Positions 7,627-17,079 of a DNA stretch of 64,000 bases are shown here, piece by piece. The DNA comes from an uncultured Bacilli bacterium (GTDB taxonomy: Bacteria > Bacillota_I > Bacilli_A > RF39 > UBA660), in the NCBI GenBank assembly GCA_910589375.1, contig CAJUTK010000002.1, positions 3,133 to 67,132 on the forward strand, read 5' to 3'. Under the pieces are notes generated by a model. It was not told where the DNA came from. It made no database searches and was given only the letters and a program-made list of their open reading frames with translations. A program made the translations under genes and the position numbers. Within the stretch, counting starts at the first letter, position 1, and each line of letters starts with the position of its first letter.

Positions 7627-9660
7627 ATGCCTAAAAAATTAGTAATTGTGGAGTCCCCAAGTAAAACAAAACCTATTGAAAAATATTTAGGTGGAGATTA
7701 TAAAGTATTATCTTCTAAAGGTCATGTAAGGGATCTTTCAACAAAAGGGAAGTATGGTTTTGGTGTAGATATTGAAAATGATTTCAAACCAGATTACATT
7801 CCTATGAAAGGAAAAACAGCGGTTATTAATGAATTAAAGAAAGAAGCAAAAAAGGCCGATAGAGTATATCTTGCTACCGACCCTGATCGTGAGGGAGAGG
7901 CCATCTCTTGGCATCTTTTTGATACGTTAGGATTAAAAGAAGATAGTTACGATAGAGTAGTGTTCAACGAAATTACTCATGATGCAGTTATAGAGGCATT
8001 TAAAAATACTCGTAAAATTGATAAAGATTTAGTTAATAGTCAAGAGACTAGAAGAATATTAGATCGCATTATTGGTTTTCGTTTGAGTAAACTAATTCAG
8101 TCTAAAACAGATGGAAGCAGTGCTGGTCGTGTTCAGTCTGTTGCCCTTAAATTAATTGTAGATAGAGAAAGAGAAATAGAAGCTTTTAAAGCAGAGGAGT
8201 ATTGGACAATTACAGGAATATTCCCATCTTTTGAGGCAGAAATGTTCCAATATAATCATAAAGATATTGAAATAAAAACAGAGGCAGAAGCTAACGAGAT
8301 ATTAGGAAAACTTTCTAATACTTTTAAAATTGAAAGTGTTGATAAGAAAATTAAGCAAAAGCAATCGAAACTTCCTTTTATTACAAGTACACTTCAACAA
8401 GATGCATCTAATAAATTAGGATTTAATGCTAAAAAAACAATGCAAATTGCCCAAAAATTATATGAAGGAATTGAGTTAGAGGATGAGACTGTAGGTCTTA
8501 TTAGTTACATGCGTACTGATTCTACAAGACTTTCTCAGCAGTTCATTACTAGCGCTTATGCACATATTGAAAACAAATATGGGAAAGAATATGTTGGAAG
8601 TGTTAAGGTAACTAAGAAAAAGGAAAATGTTCAAGATGCTCATGAGGCTATTCGTCCAACTAGCATTAATAGAACTCCAGAGTCTGTAAGAACATTTTTA
8701 TCCAATGATGAGTTTAAACTTTATCGTATGATTTATTATCGTGCTTTAGCGTCTTTAATGAAGAGCGCAAAAACAGAAAATACAACAGTAATATTTGATA
8801 ATAATAATTATCAGTTTAAAACAACTGGTCAAGTAATCGTTTTTGATGGTTATTTAAAAGTATTTAAAGATTATGAAGATATTAAGGATAGTGAACTTCC
8901 ACCATTTGATACTTATCAATCCTCTGTAGTGGTATCTCAAGCAATTGAAAAGAAACAACATTTTACTTCTCCACCAGCACGTTATACTGAAGCAAAATTG
9001 ATTAAAGAAATGGAAGAATTAGGAATTGGAAGACCTAGTACTTATGCAACAACAATTGATATTTTAAAAAAGAGAAATTATGCAAATTTAGTTGAAAAGA
9101 AATTTGTGCCAACAGAGGTTGGATTTGAAATTACAGATAAATTACAGCAATGTTTTAGTCATTTAATTAATGTAGAGTATACTGCTAATATGGAGAATGA
9201 CTTGGATAAAATAGCAGAAGGAAATCAAAATTGGGTAGAGACATTACACAATTTTTATGATGAATTTGAGCCTGCTGTAAAGAATGCTTTTGATGCAATG
9301 CCAAAAAAGGAAGCTGAAAAAACAGGTGAAGATTGTCCAGAATGCGGAAGTCCACTCGTTATTCGTAAAGGAAAATATGGGGAGTTTGTTGCTTGTAGTA
9401 ATTTTCCAACTTGTAAATATATTAAGGCAGAACCAAGAGAAGTACAAGAAATTTGTGATTGTCCAAATTGTGGAGCTAAAATAGTGGAAAAAAAGAGTAA
9501 AAGAGGAAAAGTTTTCTATGGTTGTAGTAACTACCCAAAATGCAAAACTGCTTATTGGGATAGACCTACTGGAGAGAAATGCCCAGAGTGTGGTAGTATG
9601 TTAACCGAAAAGAAAAACGTCATTAAATGTAGTTCTTGTGATTATAAAAAAGAAGACTAA
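7627..9660 (+). CDS. topA: DNA topoisomerase I
   Basis: 677 aa. Toprim N-terminus LVIVESPSKTK...EGEAISWHL, active-site region YMRTDS, and three C-terminal C4 zinc ribbons. Confidence 0.9.
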   Translation: MPKKLVIVESPSKTKPIEKYLGGDYKVLSSKGHVRDLSTKGKYGFGVDIENDFKPDYIPMKGKTAVINELKKEAKKADRVYLATDPDREGEAISWHLFDTLGLKEDSYDRVVFNEITHDAVIEAFKNTRKIDKDLVNSQETRRILDRIIGFRLSKLIQSKTDGSSAGRVQSVALKLIVDREREIEAFKAEEYWTITGIFPSFEAEMFQYNHKDIEIKTEAEANEILGKLSNTFKIESVDKKIKQKQSKLPFITSTLQQDASNKLGFNAKKTMQIAQKLYEGIELEDETVGLISYMRTDSTRLSQQFITSAYAHIENKYGKEYVGSVKVTKKKENVQDAHEAIRPTSINRTPESVRTFLSNDEFKLYRMIYYRALASLMKSAKTENTTVIFDNNNYQFKTTGQVIVFDGYLKVFKDYEDIKDSELPPFDTYQSSVVVSQAIEKKQHFTSPPARYTEAKLIKEMEELGIGRPSTYATTIDILKKRNYANLVEKKFVPTEVGFEITDKLQQCFSHLINVEYTANMENDLDKIAEGNQNWVETLHNFYDEFEPAVKNAFDAMPKKEAEKTGEDCPECGSPLVIRKGKYGEFVACSNFPTCKYIKAEPREVQEICDCPNCGAKIVEKKSKRGKVFYGCSNYPKCKTAYWDRPTGEKCPECGSMLTEKKNVIKCSSCDYKKED

Positions 9661-9673
9661 TGATTTACAAAAG

Positions 9674-9711
9674 CAATTGTATTTCTAAAAAATACAGTTG
9701 TTTTTTTTTTC
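9674..9711 (+). terminator. Rho-independent terminator after topA
   Basis: caattgtattt-ctaaa-aaatacagttg plus a T10 run. Confidence 0.65.
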
Positions 9712-9744
9712 TAATTATGATAAATTGTAATAGAAGGTGAAGAT

Positions 9745-10104
9745 ATGAAAAAGAGTGATGGTTTTACATTAGTAGAATTAATGGCAGTAATTGCCGTTTT
9801 AGCGCTTATAGCAATAATTGCATATCCAATTGTTACAGGTGTTATTAAAACATCTGAGAAGAAATTATCTAAAGAGCAAATCCGTACTATTGAGGAAGCA
9901 GCGAGAACTTATACTATCAAGAATGGACCAGAAAGTTGTGGCTGTGTTTCTATCGCTGATTTGCAATCAAGCGGATATTTAGAGACTGGTAAAATAATGG
10001 ATCCAGAAACTGGTAATCAATTAACAGGGCAGGTTACTATTAAATGGTTAGAGGATAAAAAACAATATACCTATACTTATGGAACTAGTTGTGGGTGTAA
10101 TTAA
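9745..10104 (+). CDS. ComGC-like type IV (pseudo)pilin, stand-alone
   Basis: MKKSDG|FTLVELMAVIAVLALIAIIAYP prepilin signal with E at +5. SIADLQSSGYLETGKI matches the ComGC LADLQSEGYV region. Paralog of the 1785 N-terminus. Confidence 0.7.
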   Translation: MKKSDGFTLVELMAVIAVLALIAIIAYPIVTGVIKTSEKKLSKEQIRTIEEAARTYTIKNGPESCGCVSIADLQSSGYLETGKIMDPETGNQLTGQVTIKWLEDKKQYTYTYGTSCGCN

Positions 10105-10158
10105 GAGTCATTTAAAAAAGTGTGAAAAGCACTTTTTTCTTTTCAATTTAAACAAATA

Positions 10159-10187
10159 TTTACAACTTTTTTAATATATGTTAAAAT
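10159..10187 (+). promoter_or_regulatory. Promoter TTTACA-17-TAAAAT
   Basis: Sits just upstream of the MIP channel gene. Confidence 0.4.
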
Positions 10188-10212
10188 GAAATTGGAAGGA
10201 GAATGGAGAGAT

Positions 10213-11073
10213 ATGAAAAAATATCTTTGCGAGTTTTTAGGAACTTGTGTTTTGGTTTTATTTGGTTGTGGAGTTGCAGTAGTATCAAATGGAAATTTAG
10301 TTGCCACTGCTTTGGCATTTGGATTATCAATTGTAGCAGTTGCTTATACAATTGGAAAATATACAGGATGCCATATCAATCCTGCAGTTACATTTGCTAT
10401 GTGGATTGATAGAAGAATTACAACAAAGGATTTTGTTGGATATGTAATTGCTCAAGTACTAGGAGCAATTGCTGGAAGTGGACTACTTGTTTTAATAATA
10501 AATTCAACTGCTGATATTGACAAGTTAGCATTAGGTGCTAATACTTTTGGTGAGTTATCAGCTTCTGGTATTACTATGCTAGGTGCATTAATAGTTGAAA
10601 TTGTTTTAACATTCGTATTTGTGTTATCTGTATTAGGAATAACTAGAGATGAGAAAAAAGAAAATGTAGCACCAATTGTTATAGGTTTGTCTCTTGTATT
10701 AGTACATCTTTTAGGAATTGGATTAACAGGTACTTCAGTGAACCCAGCTAGATCATTAGCTCCTGCTATTTTCATGGGTGGTGAATATTTAGAACAAGTT
10801 TGGGTATTCATCGTTGGACCATTAGTAGGTGCAGCATTTGCTTCTTTAGCAATTTTCTTCATTGATTTTGAAGAGGATAATGTTCCAAAAAGTATTAAGT
10901 TAGAAAAAGAAATAGTAAGTGCAAAAGAGATTGAAGAATCTAAAGAAGAACCAACAGTAGAAGAGAAAAAAAATGTACCAACTATCAAGAATACTAAAGT
11001 TGATACAAAAAAAACTGGAACAAAAAAACCGAAAACTCAAAAGACAAATACAAAAAAAAGAACTAATAACTAG
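10213..11073 (+). CDS. MIP-family channel (aquaporin / glycerol facilitator) with a Lys/Thr-rich C-terminal tail
   Basis: Two NPA boxes (HINPAVT, SVNPARS) and 6 TM segments. RBS ggaaggag before the ATG at 10213. Confidence 0.85.
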   Translation: MKKYLCEFLGTCVLVLFGCGVAVVSNGNLVATALAFGLSIVAVAYTIGKYTGCHINPAVTFAMWIDRRITTKDFVGYVIAQVLGAIAGSGLLVLIINSTADIDKLALGANTFGELSASGITMLGALIVEIVLTFVFVLSVLGITRDEKKENVAPIVIGLSLVLVHLLGIGLTGTSVNPARSLAPAIFMGGEYLEQVWVFIVGPLVGAAFASLAIFFIDFEEDNVPKSIKLEKEIVSAKEIEESKEEPTVEEKKNVPTIKNTKVDTKKTGTKKPKTQKTNTKKRTNN

Positions 11074-11079
11074 TTCTTT

Positions 11080-12333
11080 TTATTTTTTTAAAAACTTTCT
11101 AATTTTTGGAAAGACTTTACGATATCCAAAGTATAGAATAGGATGAATAACATAATCGAATTGACCAATAAATTCCATATATTCTCCGCCAAATCTTTTT
11201 TTAAACAAATGAATTCCATACACAGTATTATCTTTTTCTGGTTCTCCAGTTGTACCAAAGAAATCAACTGTTTGATATCCTTCTTTTACTGCATCTTCAA
11301 TGATTTGATAGTATAGCCAATAGTTGGCATTTAAATATCTTAAACAAGTTCTATTTCCACCATGAATTGTCCAAACTTTACTTTGATATTTTGCAGTGAT
11401 AATAGCAGATAAAACCATTTCTTTTTCTGTAATATTTTCAAGTTCTTTTAATTCTGATTCATTTTTTTCTAATTGTTGATTCAATTCTTTTAATTTGATT
11501 GCTACTTTCTCTTGATTTTTCTTTTCATCTTTTACACTTGCTAATTTTATTTCTTCATGAATAACTTTAATTTTTTCTTCATAATTTTTTTTCAATTCTT
11601 CAATATTTACTTTTACAAGGTAGATATCACTCATATTTTGTTCATGAAGTTTTTCATAAAAATTTTCATAGTATCCAATAGGAGAAAGTACAAGATTTTC
11701 TCTTTCTGCAGTTTCAATCATAGTATCGTAAAAGTCTTTTATATCTTCTTTGGTACCTTTATAAATATCTAAGTGATAGATATTTCCTCTATTAATAATT
11801 TTTCTAGTAGTAGGGTGCATATTTTTTCTAATGTCTTCTATTCCTTTACTAATATCAAGTCTAAAGGTATAACGTGGTTGATCGTTTTCAAAATTTTTAT
11901 TAAATCCACTATGTTTAAACCCCATCTTTTTTAAGGTGTCAACTAATTCATAATTTAGTGGTTCTAATATATTTCCATCACTATCTAGTTTTTGAAGTGG
12001 AATATCTGGATCAATTCTTAAAAAAAGACCATGCTTTTTTTTGCAGTATTTTTTTAAAAAAGTGGAAAATTCTTTTAAGATTTCTTTGTTTTGATAGTCA
12101 CATACAAATCCTCTAGGACAGTAGAAAAAGGAATATTTACTAATTAAATGTTTTTCTAATAATAGTGCAGTGGCAATTAATTTTCCGTCTTGTTTCATTC
12201 CTAAATAGTGAGGTTTAAAATGTTTAAAACTACTTACATTTCCCCAATAATAGGATTGCATAAAGTGTCCTTTTTTACTTTTATTTACAAATTCTTCAAA
12301 TTCTTTTTCCTTTAAGTTTTCTATAAATTCCAT
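11080..12333 (-). CDS. FemAB-family peptidoglycan bridge-formation protein (second paralog, with a coiled-coil insert)
   Basis: 417 aa. QSYYWGNV... N-terminus and a ~60-aa Lys/Glu coiled-coil arm, as in FemA/FemB. Confidence 0.65.
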   Translation of the reverse strand: MEFIENLKEKEFEEFVNKSKKGHFMQSYYWGNVSSFKHFKPHYLGMKQDGKLIATALLLEKHLISKYSFFYCPRGFVCDYQNKEILKEFSTFLKKYCKKKHGLFLRIDPDIPLQKLDSDGNILEPLNYELVDTLKKMGFKHSGFNKNFENDQPRYTFRLDISKGIEDIRKNMHPTTRKIINRGNIYHLDIYKGTKEDIKDFYDTMIETAERENLVLSPIGYYENFYEKLHEQNMSDIYLVKVNIEELKKNYEEKIKVIHEEIKLASVKDEKKNQEKVAIKLKELNQQLEKNESELKELENITEKEMVLSAIITAKYQSKVWTIHGGNRTCLRYLNANYWLYYQIIEDAVKEGYQTVDFFGTTGEPEKDNTVYGIHLFKKRFGGEYMEFIGQFDYVIHPILYFGYRKVFPKIRKFLKK

Positions 12334-12426
12334 ATTTTACACATCCATTCTTTTTTATTATACCAAAAAAATGCTAAATGGAACATCTTTTTTAGTAGAA
12401 CATACATTATAAGTAGTAGGTGAAAT

Positions 12427-13161
12427 ATGAGTGTATATATGTTAGTTCTTATCTGTACATCAATTACTTTCTTTGCAACTGTACTAGGTTCTTTATTAGT
12501 TTTTCTGATAAGAGAAATGAATGAAAATATAGAAAAGATTTGCTTAGGGTTAGCAAGTGGAATCATGATTTCTGCATCTATTTTTTCTTTGTTATTGCCA
12601 GCTTTAGAGGATAGTAGTTGTCTATCTGTAATCATCAGCGTTTTGCTAGGTGGATTTTTAATTTTGGTAATGGATAAAATATTTTCTCATAAAGAAAAGT
12701 TACCTCAAAAAAAATCAATGTTCTTTTTAGCTGTAACTCTTCATAATATACCAGAAGGAATGGCTGTAGGACTCGCTTGTGCTCTTTCTTACCAAGTAAA
12801 CTCGGCAGTGACTCTTGCAAGTGCAGTAGCATTAGCAATTGGAATCGCTATACAAAATATACCAGAAGGAACAGCTGTTTCAATTGCTATGTTAGAACAA
12901 AAGAAGACAAAATTACAAGCATTTCTTTATGGGGTTATATCTGGTATTGTAGAACCTATTGCAGGTATTTTAATGGCAGTACTATCTCATAAACTAGCAA
13001 GCTTTATGCCGTTTTTCTTATCACTTGCAGCAGGAACGATGTTTTATGTTGTAGTTGACGAATTAATACCAAATAGTAAATCTGAAAAGAATAATAGTGG
13101 GGTTTTATCTTTTATGATAGGATTTGTAATTATGATGTATTTAGATGTAATGCTAGGATAA
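12427..13161 (+). CDS. zupT: ZIP-family divalent metal transporter (ZupT-like)
   Basis: HNIPEGMAVG and QNIPEGTAVS ZIP signature motifs; 8 TM segments. Confidence 0.75.
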   Translation: MSVYMLVLICTSITFFATVLGSLLVFLIREMNENIEKICLGLASGIMISASIFSLLLPALEDSSCLSVIISVLLGGFLILVMDKIFSHKEKLPQKKSMFFLAVTLHNIPEGMAVGLACALSYQVNSAVTLASAVALAIGIAIQNIPEGTAVSIAMLEQKKTKLQAFLYGVISGIVEPIAGILMAVLSHKLASFMPFFLSLAAGTMFYVVVDELIPNSKSEKNNSGVLSFMIGFVIMMYLDVMLG

Positions 13162-13188
13162 ACGAAATAACTTTATTTCGTTTTTTTA
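13160..13188 (+). terminator. Rho-independent terminator
   Basis: aacgaaata-actt-tatttcgtt plus a T-run. Confidence 0.6.
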
Positions 13189-13230
13189 TGGAAAGTGATG
13201 AAAATGTGATACAATGAATATGGTGGTAAT

Positions 13231-14196
13231 ATGAAGAAAAGAATATTTATTTGCGGTTGGATTTTTTTATTTTCTATATTTTTATTTTTGTGTTACCAAA
13301 TCACAAATCAAGAAATATTATCCATTGATTCTTTTTTTATAGAACATATTGTTTTAAATGGAAGAAGTGACAATTTAACCGTTTTTTTTAAGATAATTAC
13401 GTTTTTTTCTAGTGTAATTTTGCTTTTAGTTTTGACAATACTTATATTTGTCCTTTTGAAAAAGAAAGAAGAGAAAATGTATTTTTTAGGTCAATTTTTA
13501 GGCGTTGTTGCGATTAGTCAAGGATTAAAGTTTTTCTTTCAAAGGGAAAGACCACTATTATTATATCGGTTAGTGGAGGAGACTGGTTTTAGTTTTCCAT
13601 CAGGACACTCGATGGTAGGTTCTGCTTTTTATGGATATTTAATCTATTTGCTATCTAAATCTAAACTACCCAAAAGAAAGAGAATTCTTTTTAGTGTTGT
13701 ATTGACCATATTAATTGTTGGTATTGGATTTAGTAGGATTTATTTAGGGGTACATTATGCAAGTGATGTACTTGCAGGGGTTGTGTTAGGAATTTGTTAC
13801 ACTAGTTTATTCGTAATATATAAGGAGTATAAAGATAAGATGAAAAAGAAAAGTTTATTAAAGAGTTTCTATCATGCAGGTATAGGAATTTATAGTGCTT
13901 TTTTATCAGAACGTAATATGAAAATTCATGTTTCTGTGATGTTACTTGTTATTTTAGCTGGGATTTATTTTCAAATATCTTTCCAAGAATGGATGATTTG
14001 TATTATTTTATTTGGTGTTGTCATTTCAGCTGAAATAATGAATACAGCAGTTGAAACAACTGTTGATCTAGCAATGCCTAAACTTCATCCAAAAGCAAAA
14101 TTGGCCAAAGATTTAGCTGCTGGCGCAGTTTTAGTACTTGCTATTATTGCTGTGGTTATAGGGCTTATGATATTTTTGCCAAAGGTAAGTGGATAG
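13231..14196 (+). CDS. Fusion protein: PAP2 phosphatase (undecaprenyl-diphosphatase, BcrC-like) N-terminus + DgkA-family undecaprenol/diacylglycerol kinase C-terminus
   Basis: PAP2 motifs KFFFQRERP, PSGHS, SRIYLGVHYASD. The C-terminal 120 aa closely parallel B. subtilis DgkA (ERNMKIH...EIMNTAVE...AKDLAAGAVLVLAIIAV). Confidence 0.7.
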   Translation: MKKRIFICGWIFLFSIFLFLCYQITNQEILSIDSFFIEHIVLNGRSDNLTVFFKIITFFSSVILLLVLTILIFVLLKKKEEKMYFLGQFLGVVAISQGLKFFFQRERPLLLYRLVEETGFSFPSGHSMVGSAFYGYLIYLLSKSKLPKRKRILFSVVLTILIVGIGFSRIYLGVHYASDVLAGVVLGICYTSLFVIYKEYKDKMKKKSLLKSFYHAGIGIYSAFLSERNMKIHVSVMLLVILAGIYFQISFQEWMICIILFGVVISAEIMNTAVETTVDLAMPKLHPKAKLAKDLAAGAVLVLAIIAVVIGLMIFLPKVSG

Positions 14197-14430
14197 ATGA
14201 TGAAGAAAATCATAATTTTCCTTGTTTCTTTATTTGTTTTTCCAGTTTTAGTATTTGCTACAAAATATACGGTATCTAAAAATCCTGTAGTTATTGATAT
14301 TCCAGATACTTTTACAGTTTTTATATTAGATAATTATAAAGGAAATAAACAATTAGAAATGTATGACTTAACAGAAAATGATGTAGAAACTGTTTTTGAA
14401 CTTAATAGAGCTTACATGTATGCTATATGA
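14197..14430 (+). CDS. Small secreted/membrane hypothetical protein
   Basis: Signal-peptide-like N-terminus. May be one frameshifted gene together with 14396..14584. Confidence 0.3.
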   Translation: MMKKIIIFLVSLFVFPVLVFATKYTVSKNPVVIDIPDTFTVFILDNYKGNKQLEMYDLTENDVETVFELNRAYMYAI

Positions 14431-14584
14431 TATAGAAGATGGAATCGAAATTTTTGCGATAAAGTATTATTATATTGGAGATTTTAGAAAGAAAAGTAAT
14501 TCTGAAATAGAGGAAGTAATGAAAGAATATGTTTCTACTAGCGAAGAAAAAAATTTTAAGATAGTAGATAGTTTTATTCAATAA
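14396..14584 (+). CDS. Hypothetical small protein (possible C-terminal part of a frameshifted gene)
   Basis: Overlaps the previous ORF in another frame. Confidence 0.2.
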   Translation: MNLIELTCMLYDIEDGIEIFAIKYYYIGDFRKKSNSEIEEVMKEYVSTSEEKNFKIVDSFIQ

Positions 14585-14638
14585 ATTAATGGCTTACCTT
14601 TTTGTATTGTTGAGTATGATGCTAGTATTGCCAATATT

Positions 14639-14932
14639 GTGGACTATTTTACTGTTTTAAATAACGCCATATATATTTTTAAATTTCAATCTGTTAATTC
14701 ATTTACAGAGGAAGATAGAGAGATATTTAGAAATATTATGGATACGGTATCCATTTCTACAGAGATAATTCGTTATAATTATGTATCTATAATAGGAATA
14801 GTTCTTTTGGTAATAGCAGGAATTATTTTTCTAGTAAAAAGAAAAATGGACAAAACAAAATGTCCTTATTGTAAATTAAAAATTAATCCTAGGATGGAAT
14901 TTTGTCCAAGATGTGGCAATTGTATAAAATAG
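14639..14932 (+). CDS. Membrane protein with C-terminal zinc-ribbon (CPYC...CPRC)
   Basis: One TM helix plus a CxxC-x10-CxxC motif. Confidence 0.4.
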   Translation: MDYFTVLNNAIYIFKFQSVNSFTEEDREIFRNIMDTVSISTEIIRYNYVSIIGIVLLVIAGIIFLVKRKMDKTKCPYCKLKINPRMEFCPRCGNCIK

Positions 14933-14966
14933 AACTTTTTGTTCTATTTTTTTTGAATTAAAAAGA

Positions 14967-14995
14967 TTGACTTTCTAGTAAGCTCAATGTATACT
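14967..14995 (+). promoter_or_regulatory. Promoter TTGACT-17-TATACT
   Basis: Follows a terminator hairpin at 14929-14954. Confidence 0.4.
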
Positions 14996-15069
14996 ACTAT
15001 CTTGAATAATTCTACTTATATGTGACAAAATACGACTATTAGATTTAGTACAATTTAGTTGGTGATGAT

Positions 15070-15534
15070 ATGAAAAAATATTTATTCTCTATTTTTGTTG
15101 CATTAATAGTTGGCTTTGTTATGGCAAAGGTATTTTTAGAACAATATGATTCTTATCAAGGTATTAAATTTACTTCTAATTCGGGGGAAATGGTTTACTT
15201 TATTAAATTTAATTCTTATCCTTCTATAAAGGAAATGGAAAAAAATACGTTATCTCTTACCAATTATATTTATAAGAAAAATGTAGATGTTTATGATGTG
15301 TATATCGGAATAACAAATGATTATGAAAATTTAATTAAACTCAATAATTATTTTAGTTCTTTAGGGTATAATACTTTTACAGAGGAGTTTTTAATAACAA
15401 ATAAAGAATTCTTATTGGAGTTAAAAAATTATGATTCTATTTTAAAGAGTACAGAAGATACTGTTGTTATTTCTTCTATCAATAGTCAAATACTAGAAAA
15501 ATATGAGGAACTTATAAATGGTAGTAAAGATTAA
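15070..15534 (+). CDS. Hypothetical membrane-anchored protein
   Basis: N-terminal TM segment; no recognisable motif. Confidence 0.35.
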   Translation: MKKYLFSIFVALIVGFVMAKVFLEQYDSYQGIKFTSNSGEMVYFIKFNSYPSIKEMEKNTLSLTNYIYKKNVDVYDVYIGITNDYENLIKLNNYFSSLGYNTFTEEFLITNKEFLLELKNYDSILKSTEDTVVISSINSQILEKYEELINGSKD

Positions 15535-16210
15535 ACAATTACCACCTTTAGAAAGGCCTTATGAGAAATTAGAACTTTATGGTGTGGAGAGTTTGTCAAA
15601 TGAAGAATTATTAGCAATTTTATTAAAGACTGGATTTAAAGATATTTCTTCAAAAGAATTATCAAGTATGATTATTTCTAAAGTAGATTCTATTTCTGAT
15701 TTAAAAAGTTTATCTTATGAAAAATTAATTTCTATGAAAGGAATAGGAAAATCAAAAGCGTGCACTATTCTTGCTTCTATTGAGTTAGCTAGGAGAATAG
15801 AAGAAGATAAATATGAAATTAAGAATAGGAAACTAACCAGTAGTGAAATGGTGTATGAGTATTATAAATTAAAAATAGGTGATAAAAAACAAGAATATTT
15901 TTATGTTGTATACTTAGATAATGCTAAAAATATTATTCGTGATAAGTTACTTTTTATTGGGACTATCAATTATAGTGTTGTTCATCCAAGAGAAGTTTTT
16001 AAAGAAGCATATATGCTTTCTGCAAGTGCTATTATCTGTGTACATAATCATCCATCTGGAAATATATTTCCTAGTAAAGAGGATATTGAAATTACTCAAA
16101 AATTAGAAGAAGTAGGAATATTACTTGGTATAAAAGTTTTAGATCACTTGATAATAGGGAGTCAAAATTATTATAGTTTTTTAGAAAATAGAGATATAGA
16201 AAGAAGTTAG
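15518..16210 (+). CDS. radC: RadC-family (UPF0758) JAB/MPN-domain protein
   Basis: HhH region, then HNHPSG...PSKED JAMM-like motif. Classic position upstream of mreC. Confidence 0.8.
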   Translation: MVVKIKQLPPLERPYEKLELYGVESLSNEELLAILLKTGFKDISSKELSSMIISKVDSISDLKSLSYEKLISMKGIGKSKACTILASIELARRIEEDKYEIKNRKLTSSEMVYEYYKLKIGDKKQEYFYVVYLDNAKNIIRDKLLFIGTINYSVVHPREVFKEAYMLSASAIICVHNHPSGNIFPSKEDIEITQKLEEVGILLGIKVLDHLIIGSQNYYSFLENRDIERS

Positions 16211-16218
16211 GTGATACT

Positions 16219-17079
16219 ATGAATCGTAGGCGCGAAAATAGAAAGAAGTATATCATTTTAGTAAGTGTAATCATTTCTTTGCTTCTTTTATGGGTGACAG
16301 CTTATTCTATTGCAACAGATAGAAAGTTGACTATTGTAGAAAAAGCAATTAAAGATACTGTTTTAACAGTAGGGGATGTTTTAGCGACTCCTATTAGGTA
16401 TGTAAAAAGTAAATGGGAAATTCTTTCTAATAGTGAAGAAATCTATGATAAATATGAAGAAATCTTAAAAGAGCATAGTACCCTAGAACAATATGAAGAA
16501 ACGGTAAGAGAGTTGGAGGAAGAAAATAGTAAACTAAAAAAATTGATGGATTTAGATAGCTCTTTGTCTTCTTATGAAAAAATTCATGCAACAGTAATGA
16601 ATAGAAATATGAATTATTGGTTGGATTCTTTTACAATCAATAAAGGATCATCCTCTGGAATAGAAGAGAGTATGGCTGTAGTAGGAAATGGTGGTTTAAT
16701 TGGGTATATATCCCAAGTAAGTAATTATACTAGTACTGTTAAATTATTAACGAATTCTAATCTTTCTAGACCAGTTTCTGTTAAAATTCAAATTTCAAAA
16801 GATAAGTATGCTTATGGATTACTAACAGGATATGATAGAGAAAAGAAAGCATATGCTATAGAAGGTATTAGTGATTATGGACAAATACCAGTGAGTGCGA
16901 AAGTAACTACTACAGGCTTAAGTGACAGATTTCCTAGTGGATTATTAGTGGGATCAGTATTGGATATTCAAACAGATAGCTTTGATTTAGCAAAGGTAGT
17001 GTACGTAAAACCATCCACTGCTATAGATGACATTTCTTTTGTATCAGTATTAATACGTGAAGGAGATATTACAAAATGA
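16219..17079 (+). CDS. mreC: Rod shape-determining protein MreC
   Basis: N-terminal TM, coiled coil, then a beta-rich domain. Context radC-mreC-mreD. Confidence 0.7.
   Translation: MNRRRENRKKYIILVSVIISLLLLWVTAYSIATDRKLTIVEKAIKDTVLTVGDVLATPIRYVKSKWEILSNSEEIYDKYEEILKEHSTLEQYEETVRELEEENSKLKKLMDLDSSLSSYEKIHATVMNRNMNYWLDSFTINKGSSSGIEESMAVVGNGGLIGYISQVSNYTSTVKLLTNSNLSRPVSVKIQISKDKYAYGLLTGYDREKKAYAIEGISDYGQIPVSAKVTTTGLSDRFPSGLLVGSVLDIQTDSFDLAKVVYVKPSTAIDDISFVSVLIREGDITK

Noticed and set aside
10452-10988. 178-aa minus-strand ORF
   Set aside because: Antisense to the aquaporin gene, which has clear NPA motifs; spurious.
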